A stretch of 63,974 nt of DNA, the filler included, from Octopus bimaculoides (lineage: Eukaryota), in assembly GCF_001194135.2 (NCBI RefSeq). It is 6 parts of 5 records of this genome, joined end to end, with 100 filler letters (N's around TTAATTAATTAA, not from the genome) between each part and the next. Parts side by side here need not be neighbours in the genome. Positions count along the whole stretch, not along the records: positions 1 to 15,037 come from NC_068983.1; 5 more parts are not named here. One strand, given 5' to 3'. Each line of letters starts with the position of its first letter. Within the stretch, counting starts at the first letter, position 1. Below, piece by piece: positions 1-12,809 of this stretch. Position numbers and translations under genes: made by a program. The notes below the pieces were generated by a model. It was not told where the DNA came from. It saw nothing but the letters and a program-made list of their open reading frames with translations, and did not search any database.

Positions 1-68
1 GAGAGAGAGAGAGAGAGAGAGATATATGAATATACATATCTAAGCACATATCTACAATTTTCTCTCAA

Positions 69-122
<54 letters not shown>

Positions 123-1440
123 AACACACACGCACTCTCACATATATGTGTTTGTGGGTATATATACAATTATCACTGACACTAATGTTGCTGTAAAAGA
201 TTTAATCATATCTGAAAATGTTAAGTTATAACAAATTGTTCCATAATAATACATTCTTTCTTACACTGTCGATAATAGCAATGTTTTTCTGTGACATATC
301 GTTCATCTAAGCTAATAATTTCAGAGGTCAAAATATTGTTAATAGTTTACTCCTATGGAACTCTTCCAAGCTAATTCCACTGTCAGATTGTAGATATATT
401 ACATTTCCGTTCACTGGGATACGCAATGGAGCAGACAATTACGAACAGCTACATCTATTGTCTCGTGCAGTTTGGAAATAAGGAATCAATGTTCCTGAAC
501 ATCTGTCAAATTGCGTGTTTCTTTCTGTAATTATGCCCTTCCCGCTTTCTCTCAAAGCACACTCTCTCCTTCCCTCCCTCCTTCCCTCCCTCNNNNNNNN
601 NNNNNNNNNNNNNNNNNNNNNNNNNNNNNNNNNNNNNNNNNNNNNNNNNNNNNNNNNNNNNNNNNNNNNNNNNNNNNNNNNNNNNNNNNNNNNNNNNNNN
701 NNNNNNNNNNNNNNNNNNNNNNNNNNNNNNNNNNNNNNNNNNNNNNNNNNNNNNNNNNNNNNNNNNNNNNNNNNNNNNNNNNNNNNNNNNNNNNNNNNNN
801 NNNNNNNNNNNNNNNNNNNNNNNNNNNNNNNNNNNNNNNNNNNNNNNNNNNNNNNNNNNNNNNNNNNNNNNNNNNNNNNNNNNNNNNNNNNNNNNNNNNN
901 NNNNNNNNNNNNNNNNNNNNNNNNNNNNNNNNNNNNNNNNNNNNNNNNNNNNNNNNNNNNNNNNNNNNNNNNNNNNNNNNNNNNNNNNNNNNNNNNNNNN
1001 NNNNNNNNNNNNNNNNNNNNNNNNNNNNNNNNNNNNNNNNNNNNNNNNNNNNNNNNNNNNNNNNNNNNNNNNNNNNNNNNNNNNNNNNNNNNNNNNNNNN
1101 NNNNNNNNNNNNNNNNNNNNNNNNNNNNNNNNNNNNNNNNNNNNNNNNNNNNNNNNNNNNNNNNNNNNNNNNNNNNNNNNNNNNNNNNNNNNNNNNNNNN
1201 NNNNNNNNNNNNNNNNNNNNNNNNNNNNNNNNNNNNNNNNNNNNNNNNNNNNNNNNNNNNNNNNNNNNNNNNNNNNNNNNNNNNNNNNNNNNNNNNNNNN
1301 NNNNNNNNNNNNNNNNNNNNNNNNNNNNNNNNNNNNNNNNNNNNNNNNNNNNNNNNNNNNNNNNNNNNNNNNNNNNNATATATATAAATATATGATATAT
1401 AATATAATATAATATAATGTAATATAAAATTTTAAAAAAA

Positions 1441-1729
1441 GAAAATAGAGAAATTTTGATGAACAACAATTGACTTACATGAATTATTATTTATTAATTC
1501 AATACAAATAGACTGCATCCCATCTAAGAACTGTTTTTGCTTCCAATGTTGTATGGCATTGCCATTGATATGCTACAAATATTTATCATATCAATAGCAT
1601 ATCAATGGCAATACCATACAGTATTGACAGCAGAATCAGCTGTTTGATGGGATGCAGTCTATTTGTATTCGATTAATAAACAATAATTGATGCAAATCAA
1701 TTCTTATTCATCAGTATGTCTCTATTTTC
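1441..1729. repeat. Long imperfect inverted repeat (foldback/MITE-like), about 135-bp arms and about 19-nt loop
   Basis: Left arm gaaaatagag...gatgaacaacaattgacttacat...aatacaaatagactgcatcccatc...gccattgatatgcta mirrors the reverse complement of tagcatatcaatggc...gatgggatgcagtctatttgtatt...ttcatc...ctctattttc. Confidence 0.85.
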
Positions 1730-3170
1730 TGTTTTCTTTAACTTTTGATTCTTGATAAACTCATGTTTATCCTTCTCTTTACCTATAATTTATGAGCATA
1801 ATAGGCTTGCATATATATGTCCATGGTTAAGCATAGGTAATATAGAGGTAGTATAATGGATACTTTTATCTCTTAGACGATTATTGTAACCTCTAACTGA
1901 GCTAGCCTATATTATATTATATATATACATATATGTGTGTGTATACACGCATACACGTGCACACACGCGCGCATACATACACACACACATATGTAATATA
2001 ATATTATATAATATCATATATATAATGCTATATTGATTATATATTAATTTGTATTGAATGTACTAGAGTTTAAGTGTGCAACTGTTTCACTGCTGCTGTT
2101 TGCATATAGATTAGAACGAAATACTAATTGCATAATATTTGCATTGTTCAGAAATAGGAACAAGGAGCAGTAGCTTAGTGTCATACAAAAGTTACTTTTA
2201 TACACTATACAGGCGCAAGCACGTCTGCCGAATTTGGCCACACAAAATAATGCACACTGGATAACACTATTAAATTTTCCTTGTTGTGTGATTCATATAA
2301 AATAGATTGAGTCATATAAATTACGTGCATCGACTAAAGCTCACAGAGTTATTCACATGGTGAAGGTTACGTAAAATAAATCTCGAAATAGTGATTCGCT
2401 AATCCGGAAGATTAGGTTAATCCTCGCTGTAGAAGCATCCCATGTAAATGTATTGTAATCCGCATTGCGAATAACAAGGGCTATCAACAATCATAACAAT
2501 TAGCCCCCGGCTATCTTCCTCACCTCCCAACTCTAGTTCAAGACGATGACAACCGACCAGCAATATTGAAAGAGGTGAGTCAACTACGATAGTGACACCG
2601 GTTTAAAATGTTGTATTAAGCACAGTAGAAAGATATATAATAAATATGTTTGTAAAGAGTCAAGAGGCGTGAAGCTTGGGTATTAAAAAGAGATATAAGA
2701 GTAAGTATGCATCTAGCTGCTTCAGGGACCACAGATGATACACGATTTAGAAATTAGATGCTGGTTTAAAGTTGGAATTCCTCCGGGAAGTTGATATATT
2801 TGAACGATTCCGGGATTAAATTTTCGCATGCAGGCAATATAGCTTTCCTTAAGATGAAGATGATCAATGTTTATAACATGCATGGGTTGCAGTTAGTGTT
2901 GTGCCCATTATGTATTTGTTTAAATTTCATCTTAACAGGCGTTGCCTATCTTTCTATGATTTAATTCCTTATGCATGTAAAATATCTATCTATCCCTTTC
3001 CCTTTCTCTCTCTGTCTCTATCTATCTATTTATCTCTCTATCTATCTACTTAGCTATCTATCCACCTATCTCTATAGGTATAGATAGATAATTGATAGAG
3101 AAATATAGTTACACACACACACGTATACACACACACGCATACACACATATGTACACACCCNNNNNNNNNN

Positions 3171-3218
<48 letters not shown>

Positions 3219-3619
3219 GCATATCTTCAGGATGGAATTTGAAGATAGTTTACATAACTCAATACGAATTGATTTCGAACTTTAAACGTCCCGCTCGGTC
3301 TAAAGAGAAAACTATCGTAAACAAAAAAAAAAACTATATGAAAGCCTTATTAGTGTCACAAACAGTAATAATGAGGTGATTAACAAGACTTCTACCTTAA
3401 TAGGTATAATATTAAATATTTGAATAAAAGAAGGGTATAAATACCGCTTGCCAAAGATGAAAGTGAAGGCTTCAAAAAACAACAAATCTTACGATAAATA
3501 GACACACGAGCAATGCAATGAACACTTCAAAAGATAGACATACCTTCAGGATGGACTTTGAAGATAGTTTACATACCCCAATATCAATTGATTTTATGCT
3601 GTGCATGAGAAAACCTACT

Positions 3620-4270
3620 TTGCATGTCCTCGATGCACGGGTAGATAGTGTTGGCTCAACTGATACGAGGGGAAATCCTGACCTCAAGCGTCTACTAGAG
3701 AGTTATAATCTAGTAGACCGTTCCAGACTGAATGAGTCAAGCGTTCCACAGTGGACGTGCAGTAATAATGTCGGCTCACACAGATCTTATATATACAGGG
3801 TATTCGTTAGAGAAAGAGATAGGAATACTTTTAGTCGTCCATAATATTGTACCTTACACGGATCACAAATATGTGACGTGCGGGGTGCATATATATAAAT
3901 GTCATAGACAGGGATCCGGGTACTGGAAGATTAAACAGTCTATTTTGGCTTGTGAAGCTTTCCGTGCCCGGAGTAAGGATTTCGTCATCATTAATTATAG
4001 ATGGTGGCACGCTCCCAAGAGAGCCTTTCGTTTAGAGTCTATTAGATTTAGTAATCAGCTAAGTTTAGATAGATCTAGAATAGAAAGGGAAGTAGTTAAG
4101 AATTTAGACGAGGCTATGGAATCTAGCTCTGCGGCTGGAGTGCTGGTGCAGACGTGCGCCATTCCAGGCAGGTCGATCCAGGAAAATCTTCGCGTTTATA
4201 CGCTACACATTAGACAGGTTGGATACATTAACCGGCAAAGGTGGGGCACTGTTCTATTTCAACCAAAGTA
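3620..4270 (+). mobile_element. Tx1/L1-clade LINE ORF2 remnant, APE endonuclease C-terminal half (frameshifted)
   Basis: Two overlapping frames give NLVDRSR...QWT...GS...YRVFVR, then PYTDHKYVTC...RQGSGYWKIKQSIL...WW...K, matching the (S/T)DH and GxGYWKxNxSxL motifs of L1/Tx1 endonucleases. Confidence 0.85.
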
Positions 4271-7200
4271 AAGCGTTTGATAGGGTAATTAATGAGCCAG
4301 GTTTAAGGAAATCATTATGGATCACACCTGCACCAGACCACTAAACATACGCCATCAGCATCTTCTGATGAATGTTTCTTTTTGGGCTGTGTTTTGTTGG
4401 CTCGTCTTTGTGAAACTATTGTGCTCAACGTTTACGGTTGTTCTATTGGATCCAATTCTCATCACATGTTACAATTCAATTAAAAAACGATTCATTTTTG
4501 TGATGAGGAAGTAGCATTCTTCAGGCTTCGAAACGTTGTTGTTTTTTTCTCCTCAAGTGAATTGCCAATTCTACTGGATCAAATATTTATTCTAAATATT
4601 CACTGATATTAAGCTACAGGATTAGAAGAGATCTGGCATTGATTTTCATTGACCCAAATCTGAAGGAAACCATCCGTGTTTTAAAGACCATCTATAAGTA
4701 CTCTCTGACAATTAGAAATCGAAAACATTTTTACAATATAACTCTACATAATTTCTGAGAAAGAACATTTATATGTGTACGTTGGTGAATAATATACACA
4801 AAACACGTGCGGGGAAAATGAGGTGCACATATTCCTTCACACGTGTACACAGGGACACACATACACACACATATTTGCGTGTGTTTATGTGTATTACCAA
4901 AGTCATGTTTTGAAATGCAAATGTAAATTTGCATGAAGTTATGTACAGACGATACCGTTCATAAGGACTCAGCAAACAGTATGAAAAATCATTTCACCAA
5001 ACGATTGAATCAACAGATGAAGAAGAATTGCTCAGCGGATATTGAAGACATTAATCGCCTTACAGAAGCGTAGACGGTAATGGACAGCTGCTTGTGAAGG
5101 CATCTATTTACTGAGGCAAATAGAAACGTGCGGTGTTTTGCATGTCTTGTCTTTAGGAAGGAATCTTTAGTAAGTATCATCATTATATGGATATATCTTT
5201 CTGTTCTGTTGGATTTCGATCGCATGTCTGAATCAGAAATAAATTTCAAACATAAAACCACCTGAAATATTGGAAAATCTGATTTAAACATGGATAAATG
5301 AATGCCAGTGTAATGCATTTACTGTTTTAAAAGATAAAGATGAAGGGAAATAATATCAACCGATAAAAATACGAAACTAAAAGTTTCCTGAAGTATATGC
5401 TACAAAGCGAAATGAACTGTAAACAAGGAGGAAGCATATCATTGTCACTGTCATTATTAGATCCTAACTACCCATCACTTATCCTCCATCGCATAGTCAT
5501 TATCTTCAGTACCTTTCTTTTACACAAACCCATTCACATTAGTTTGATCGCTTTTACTAACATCATTACTGCCAATGTGGCGGCATTCACCTGCGATTCT
5601 CCATATCAGCTTCGTTCTAATTGTCGCTTGTATAGCCGTCGTTATCTTCGTTCTCCACTCCTCTTTATCATTATCAGCATCCACATCATTACCAAAATGT
5701 TTACTATGGTTATCATTTTGAATTCCATACCCGCCAAAGCCAACATTCAAAATGAATGATTCTACCAAGATTGAGTTTAAATACACAATTCACTGCGCTT
5801 TTTCTACCCTCATTTATGCAAATACTCATCGCCGGCAACTGCCATCATACTATGTGTCACTAATATGAACAAATAAATTATTTCAGTGTAGAAAGAAACA
5901 GAAAACAAAAATAGGAAATATATACAAAGAGCTTTAAACGAATTTTTACGACTTAAAATTAACCGTTATAGATCATGCCATCGTAGGATACCTCTGCAAA
6001 TTGCATATATCTTCGATGTGCGATGTGAAACTTCACTTGACAGTAATGAGTATATCATTTTTAAAGTATATGCAATCATAGAACAGCGAGCTAGCTCTAA
6101 AATTGCCCCAGAGAAAAGTTTCTTTACAGATTTTGTGCTTTAAAACAACTACTTTAAGATGACTATTAAACACTAACGTTTAGGCTTGATTTAGCCTCTT
6201 CAGTGACGGTCACTGTAAGTTTTAAAAATAGGTTCTACGAAACAAAATATTACAGCTCTACCGTTCTAATTTGTATGTGAATTATAACCGATAGACTTTT
6301 ATTTTAACCTAAATATTTTTTAATTGCTTATATTAATTTAATCTAACGGTATTTGTCTTGTTTTATATCAAGCTTTGTTGGGTCCCGTGTACATAATTAA
6401 GTGCTTATGTGCCTGTTTACGAACAGGATTTGTGTCACTACCCAACATTAGACACAGGGAGACCATATCTATCAATTTCTCTCGATGTAAGTTAAATAAT
6501 ATTTATCATAATATTTGTTACTTTTTTATTCATGCTTTTCCAAACAGTTAACACAAGGATTATTATATAATTATTACATAAGCTTTTTCAGCAAAATCAC
6601 ATTGAAATCTACCATTGCTAAATTCAAAATGTTCGTAACGAAATAAAAAATGTACTTGACGTCATCCCAGTATCACGTATATAAATTGAATAACTCGTAT
6701 CAAATCACAACTCCAAATGTATCTTTAACTGGTGCTTTTTATGGCAAATATATATAAACCACAATTTTGATTACAGCATGATATTGTTACAGAAGCATTT
6801 GTTATTAAATTATTAGAATCTAGTTGATTCTTACAAAATGTTAGAAAGTGCATAGCATAAATTATACATTTCATTGAGCAGATGAAGGCTATTTTATTCA
6901 TATTTTATATATAAAACTACCTAGCTAAATTATCGAATCAATTTCTTCGGGGAGAATCTCAGTCGTGATGTTAGCTTCAAATTTCCAAACCGTGTAGGCT
7001 AATCGAAATCTTGGAGGCTATTATTACTGGAAGGCAAAAATATTCCTTATGTTGGTAAATTTTTTGTCAAAGATTCAGAAATATTTATAGCAAAAATTAC
7101 AACAATAAAACCAGTTTTGAACACATGACTACCGCTCCTGATAGTAGTCATGACTTAAGGATCACTTCTAAAAGACTCCACACATTGGAGGGTCTGGATT

Positions 7201-9526
7201 CATGTAATTAAAATCATCAGGAATGATGATCTTGGAAATGGGTAGAGGGAAATTGAAGCAATCAGAGCATGAAGAAAAATATAGGTTTGAATAAGATCTT
7301 AAAATACAATAGAGGCGCCTGTTTTATTTGAAAGCGGAAGGAGGTGGGAGGAGGAAGTTGAAAAGACTGCAAAATTAGAAATTTAGGCAGCCGATGAAAC
7401 AAACGAGTTATAGAATATGCAGAAACAACCTATGCACTGCCACTTGTTTTTCATCAGAGTTGTCTGTACAGCAGCTATGCACAATAGATAACGATTTAAA
7501 GTTTGTGAATTGGAAATAAATATGATATCTGGCTTACGCATTGGCAACAGATGATAATTAAGCGAATGTGTCTCGTAGAAGATAGATATTAGGTAAGTGC
7601 AGAGATAATTTTACCACGATTTTTTTCCATTTTTGGTGTACAAAGGTGACAAAGTTTGTCTCATGCACGCACAAATGTACAAAAGCGTTTACATGTACGC
7701 AATGATTATTTATGCTGACGGGATCCGTCAAAAAACATATCAGGAATAACAATAATAGCTATGCAATAACAGAAATCTACCAATGCAACAATTTCACTAT
7801 TGCAAAGCATAGGTACAGATATTGATACAGACAAAAAACAAAACAAAACAAAACAATGAAACAGAAAATATACGCAGAGTATAAACAGACGAAACATCGC
7901 AAATATAAATTTTAACTGGATTAAAAAGATAGAGCACCATATTCATACAGAAATCTGATAAAGCTGGAGGCCCAGTAAGTTGAGACTCATGAAGATAAAT
8001 TGTCTACGTTCCATTTCAGTGAGTTACGATTGAATTTGCGCAAACTATTCGATGTTCATTTGTCACTGGTTCTGAAGTAGGAAGAATACATCCGGGGACT
8101 TGTTGACCACTGTGTTTAGTTCAAAATCATAAACACTTGGACTTCAATTTCGAAACAGCCGGTGCATTAGGTTCTTCAGAGAAGTACTTTTTTGCATTGC
8201 CCTAGTCTACTGACGCCAAACTAAATAAAGTTCCGGAAATGAGAATTAGTCAGTCTGGCGTTCGTGCAGTCCTTTCTCCTTGATTCTCACACCTTGGACC
8301 AGTTGGATCAGGTCATACCCAGGCGTCCTGCTCACGAGTATAATCAATCGGCAAATCCGTGGTATATGTTACCAGGTCATAATTTCACATCCAAAAAATC
8401 GTAACCAAGTAGCAGAGAAAACATTAATGAACAAAACAACTGCTTCAAGAAAATGACGAGAATAGTAGTCACCAAGTTAATCAAATGCACAATGTTGCTG
8501 AAATGGTATAATCTAAAGCTGGAAAATTATAGCCCATGCTACATCCTCCAATTAGAAAAGAAATTTTACATCATGCTGCACAGAAAATTCCTATGAACAT
8601 CTATAATTAAAATGATTTCTATATTATGCAGAACTCTAAATCTAAACAAACGACAACGATGCTATAGACATATCCATGTACAAAAATTCATCTGAAAACG
8701 AAATAATACGCAATGCATAAATTAATGAAACCCTCATATAAATAGGTGCATTCACCTCGTGCATTCTGTAATACACGATTTTGAATTTGTTGAGCACGTC
8801 AATAAACTACATATCCTTGCATACAATTGCACTAAGATAAAATAAAATAATAGAAAATGGAGATCTGAGAAATATGAGAGTTTCTTAGTGGTAGGCGATA
8901 CGTTATATTACAAAAGGACGGTTTCTGGCATGAGTAAGTTGAATAATAAGATTAAGCGATTAAAAAAATAAATAAATCAAAGGTGGAATAAAAATTATAT
9001 TTTATGAAGTTGTAACATATTATAACAGTTTCATTGGAAATAAAATAAAACTTACTTGGTAAAGAGAAATCTCTACGGAAGTAAGCGCGAACAAAATATG
9101 ATAATATACAAAAGACCCATATGGTTATATGAAATATATCAGGTAGATATGAATACAACAATTTACTTAAATACAAAGGTAATTAGATAAAATCATATAT
9201 AAAAATAATCAAGGAAAAGAAATTGTGTTTGTATCAGTAAACAGGTACATTCAAATCTTGTGGCCCAAGGAAACCGATATAGAGAATCTAACATATTTAA
9301 TAGATAGTGCAATAATACTGAATGTTTAGAATTCTAAGTTACGTCAACAAACTAAGATGGGACGAATTGAACAGATTATTATAATCAATAGAATATAGTA
9401 CACTGCAATCAGGGCTATATGTTCAATGGGTAAGTCAATGAATATAGAATGAAAAAAATAAAGATATTAAATATATAGGTGTCTGCAGGTCGAGAGTTTT
9501 ATAATGAGTGTAAATGCACGAACAAA

Positions 9527-9560
9527 TCTATATATATAACAATGAGAATGTGTGTGTGTG

Positions 9561-9599
<39 letters not shown>

Positions 9600-11035
9600 G
9601 CGAATCCCTAAAACTCGAGAACTACGCAACCAATTTCATTCAAATTTTACACTTGCCTTACTTAGGGTTCCAGTTGTGTTTTAGTCAAAAAAAATTATTA
9701 ACTTCTTGCAGAGTTCGAGCACACGGCAACATAATATCTCCTCCACTATTTAAGTTTTACGTGTCAAAAGTGAAACAAAAACACTCATGTCAAATACTTT
9801 CACTTTAAAAATGAAACTATTCCACTAACTGAAACAATCATATTTCGATACTGTAGTGACAGATACTTTCACAGAGAGAGAAAGGGAGAAAGAGAGAGAC
9901 AGNNNNNNNNNNNNNNNNNNNNNNNNNNNNNNNNNNNNNNNNNNNNNNNNNNNNNNNNNNNNNNNNNNNNNNNNNNNNNNNNNNNNNNNNNNNNNNNNNN
10001 NNNNNNNNNNNNNNNNNNNNNNNNNNNNNNNNNNNNNNNNNNNNNNNNNNNNNNNNNNNNNNNNNNNNNNNNNNNNNNNNNNNNNNNNNNNNNNNNNNNN
10101 NNNNNNNNNNNNNNNNNNNNNNNNNNNNNNNNNNNNNNNNNNNNNNNNNNNNNNNNNNNNNNNNNNNNNNNNNNNNNNNNNNNNNNNNNNNNNNNNNNNN
10201 NNNNNNNNNNNNNNNNNNNNNNNNNNNNNNNNNNNNNNNNNNNNNNNNNNNNNNNNNNNNNNNNNNNNNNNNNNNNNNNNNNNNNNNNNNNNNNNNNNNN
10301 NNNNNNNNNNNNNNNNNNNNNNNNNNNNNNNNNNNNNNNNNNNNNNNNNNNNNNNNNNNNNNNNNNNNNNNNNNNNNNNNNNNNNNNNNNNNNNNNNNNN
10401 NNNNNNNNNNNNNNNNNNNNNNNNNNNNNNNNNNNNNNNNNNNNNNNNNNNNNNNNNNNNNNNNNNNNNNNNNNNNNNNNNNNNNNNNNNNNNNNNNNNN
10501 NNNNNNNNNNNNNNNNNNNNNNNNNNNNNNNNNNNNNNNNNNNNNNNNNNNNNNNNNNNNNNNNNNNNNNNNNNNNNNNNNNNNNNNNNNNNNNNNNNNN
10601 NNNNNNNNNNNNNNNNNNNNNNNNNNNNNNNNNNNCGTGTGACTTTTGCCATGTCCATAAACAAATATCAGGGTCAAACACTGTCTGTAGCTGGTCTTCT
10701 CTTGGAAGAGCCCTGCTTCTCACATGGACAACTGTATGTTGGCTTCTCAAGAGTGGGCAGCAACAAAAAACCTATTTGTATATGCTCCACAAGGGAAAAC
10801 AAGGAACATAGTTTACAATGAGGTGTTATAATCACAAGAAAGTATGTACATGATCACCTTCTTTTACGAAACTTCATTGACTTTCATATATTTATATTGA
10901 TATACATATATATACGTGTGTTTAGGTGCGTGTGTGTATATACATCTCTATATATAAAGATGATGCGTAATCTAGACGGCGTTTTTAGATTTCATTATTC
11001 TCTTTAACCCGGGCAACGCCGGGTATTTCTGCTAG
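9527..11035 (+). mobile_element. Non-autonomous Helitron with intact termini and a PIF1-helicase C-terminal remnant
   Basis: 5' A|TCTATATATA at 9527; 3' hairpin cccgg-gcaacg-ccggg (11008-11023) then CTAG|T at 11032-11036; 10636-10820 encodes FAMSINKYQGQTL...PCFSHGQLYVGFSRV. Confidence 0.9.
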
Positions 11036-12290
11036 TATACAATAAAAATTGAGACGGCTGCCTCAGTAAGAAGTCAACCTTACTGCAAACTAATGGAATA
11101 CTTAAATCATATAGGTATATGCGTAAGAAATGGCACAGCAAGAATGTAAATGATTATTATGGTTTTAAAGAATACCTACATTCATTATGTAGACAAAAAA
11201 AGAAATGTAATATAGCAATGAAAAAGTACTGCAAAGCAGTAAAGAAAATTATATACATATGACCGTAAATTATAGAAAATTCGCAATAGAGCAATGTATC
11301 CAATATGTGAAAGTATGATACTGAAAAGAAAAAAGAGAGTTGAGAAGCTACTGGTAACACAGAGAAAATAATCTAATTAGCCTTAGTTGTAATGCCTAAA
11401 ATCTAATGAGTTATATGAAAATAATCCGTTTCTAAATACTGATATGTATTTCGTGAATTATATTTCTATACTGTTTGTAGAACAAATCATACAGCGTTCC
11501 TTACTTCAAATATAGTATGTAGCATAAAACATCTCTCTGTGCAGTTAATAAGTTATGTTATTGACGTATTCCTCTAATACCAGACATAGCTGTGTAATGG
11601 TGCCTGATTTCTGTTGTGATATGAAAACAATTCGGTATGTGAATCATCGAAATTTTAAAGGATTAGAAATCACTCCTATGTATACATAAAAGATAATTTT
11701 GTATCAATGCATCATCAATAAACTATTTAGCTAGTAATATATTTAGCGCCTACATTGTATGTATTTTGTTGGAAGCGATTATGTTCCTTTCTTTGCAATT
11801 ATGAGTTACGAGTTTTTTCTTAACATATTAAACGTCTCCAATAGTTATATTGTGTTCAAAATTTGGAGAGGTGGAGTATAATATATTTGTTAGATAATCT
11901 GTAATAGTTAAATTATTGGAGACATGTGCGGTATAGTGAAGTTGTAAGGTGGAGTAATGTACTGGCAATGCCTTTTCTAATTTATGTCTATGAAATTTTG
12001 ATGCAACAAGCCTAAAAGCTAGTTCTAACATATCTTTAGGAGATGACCGCAGTAGTTGTACTAGCTAGTAATATTCGTAGCCACTTCAACATGGCTGTTC
12101 CTTTCGAGCGGAATTTACTGCGACTTTTTAATCCCAAGAGGATATCTCTAGCTGGTTATCGTTGCACACTACATCCGAAATATTGCGAGCAGGGGAACGA
12201 ACACCTACTACCTCCTAGTGACGGAACCAGCATACCACTTTGGTATTTCTGCCTATCTTCAGTATTGGACACCTTGTCTGCTAGAGATGA

Positions 12291-12800
12291 TTTTTTTTTT
12301 AGGATAATTAATATCGTAGACAGAGGAGACAAAACAAGACAATACAAACAATTATTGTTAATAAGAGTTCATGTGATACTTAATGTTTAGAAATATTGAA
12401 TGAGGTATAATTAACTTTAACATTTTTGTGGGTGGGGAATTAAACCTGATGGGCTGAAAAGCCCAGCGACAATACCTTTTCATTTTCCCATGAGGATTAA
12501 GCAGGGTCACTTCCACCTACCTTTCTTACCACAGCCTTCCATCTTTTCTCGCAACAGGCATCTCCTCTCCAGCCCTATCTTGCTCTTTAGATGATACAGC
12601 ACTGTACAAAAGCGTGCTGCACAGTTTCATCGTCCAGCCCATATCTTGGACATTTCGTTGGCACTGACATTCCATGACTGGATAACTTATCGCGAACAGG
12701 TAAAACGTTCCTGTAGCACTGCCAGGTCAGGGATTTTTGGTAATTATCCAAATACTCATTCCTGAAGGGTTTTTGGAACAGGTTGGAGTTTCCCATTCCG
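12291..12800 (-). mobile_element. Tx1/L1-clade LINE 3' end (zf-RVT region, 3' UTR, A10 tail)
   Basis: LFQKPF...NYQKSLTWQCYRNVLPVRDKL...CPRYGLDDETVQHAFVQC, homologous to the 58.5-58.9 kb copy; T10 run at 12291-12300 is a poly(A) tail on the minus strand. Confidence 0.85.
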
Positions 12801-12809
12801 GCGTTTCTC

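Noticed and set aside
511-1469. Long ORFs spanning N-runs (also near 9825-10821, 17073-17662, 18910-19801, 41874-42450, 49374-50429 and 54154-55021)
   Set aside because: They are open only because N codons contain no stops. Only the Helitron and RTE portions have real coding signal.
5010-5786. ORFs of 88-120 aa on both strands
   Set aside because: No recognisable domain; 5400-5760 is degenerate (ATC)n-like sequence.
9600-9613. 14-mer gcgaatccctaaaa shared with 48179-48192 in another Helitron
   Set aside because: There is no flanking similarity, and several 14-mer matches are expected by chance in 64 kb.
2400-12280. Scattered WSC-like YxGCF/YFGC motifs on the minus strand (about 2430, 8150 and 12170)
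   Set aside because: Each is interrupted by stops within a few codons and is too short to distinguish from chance.
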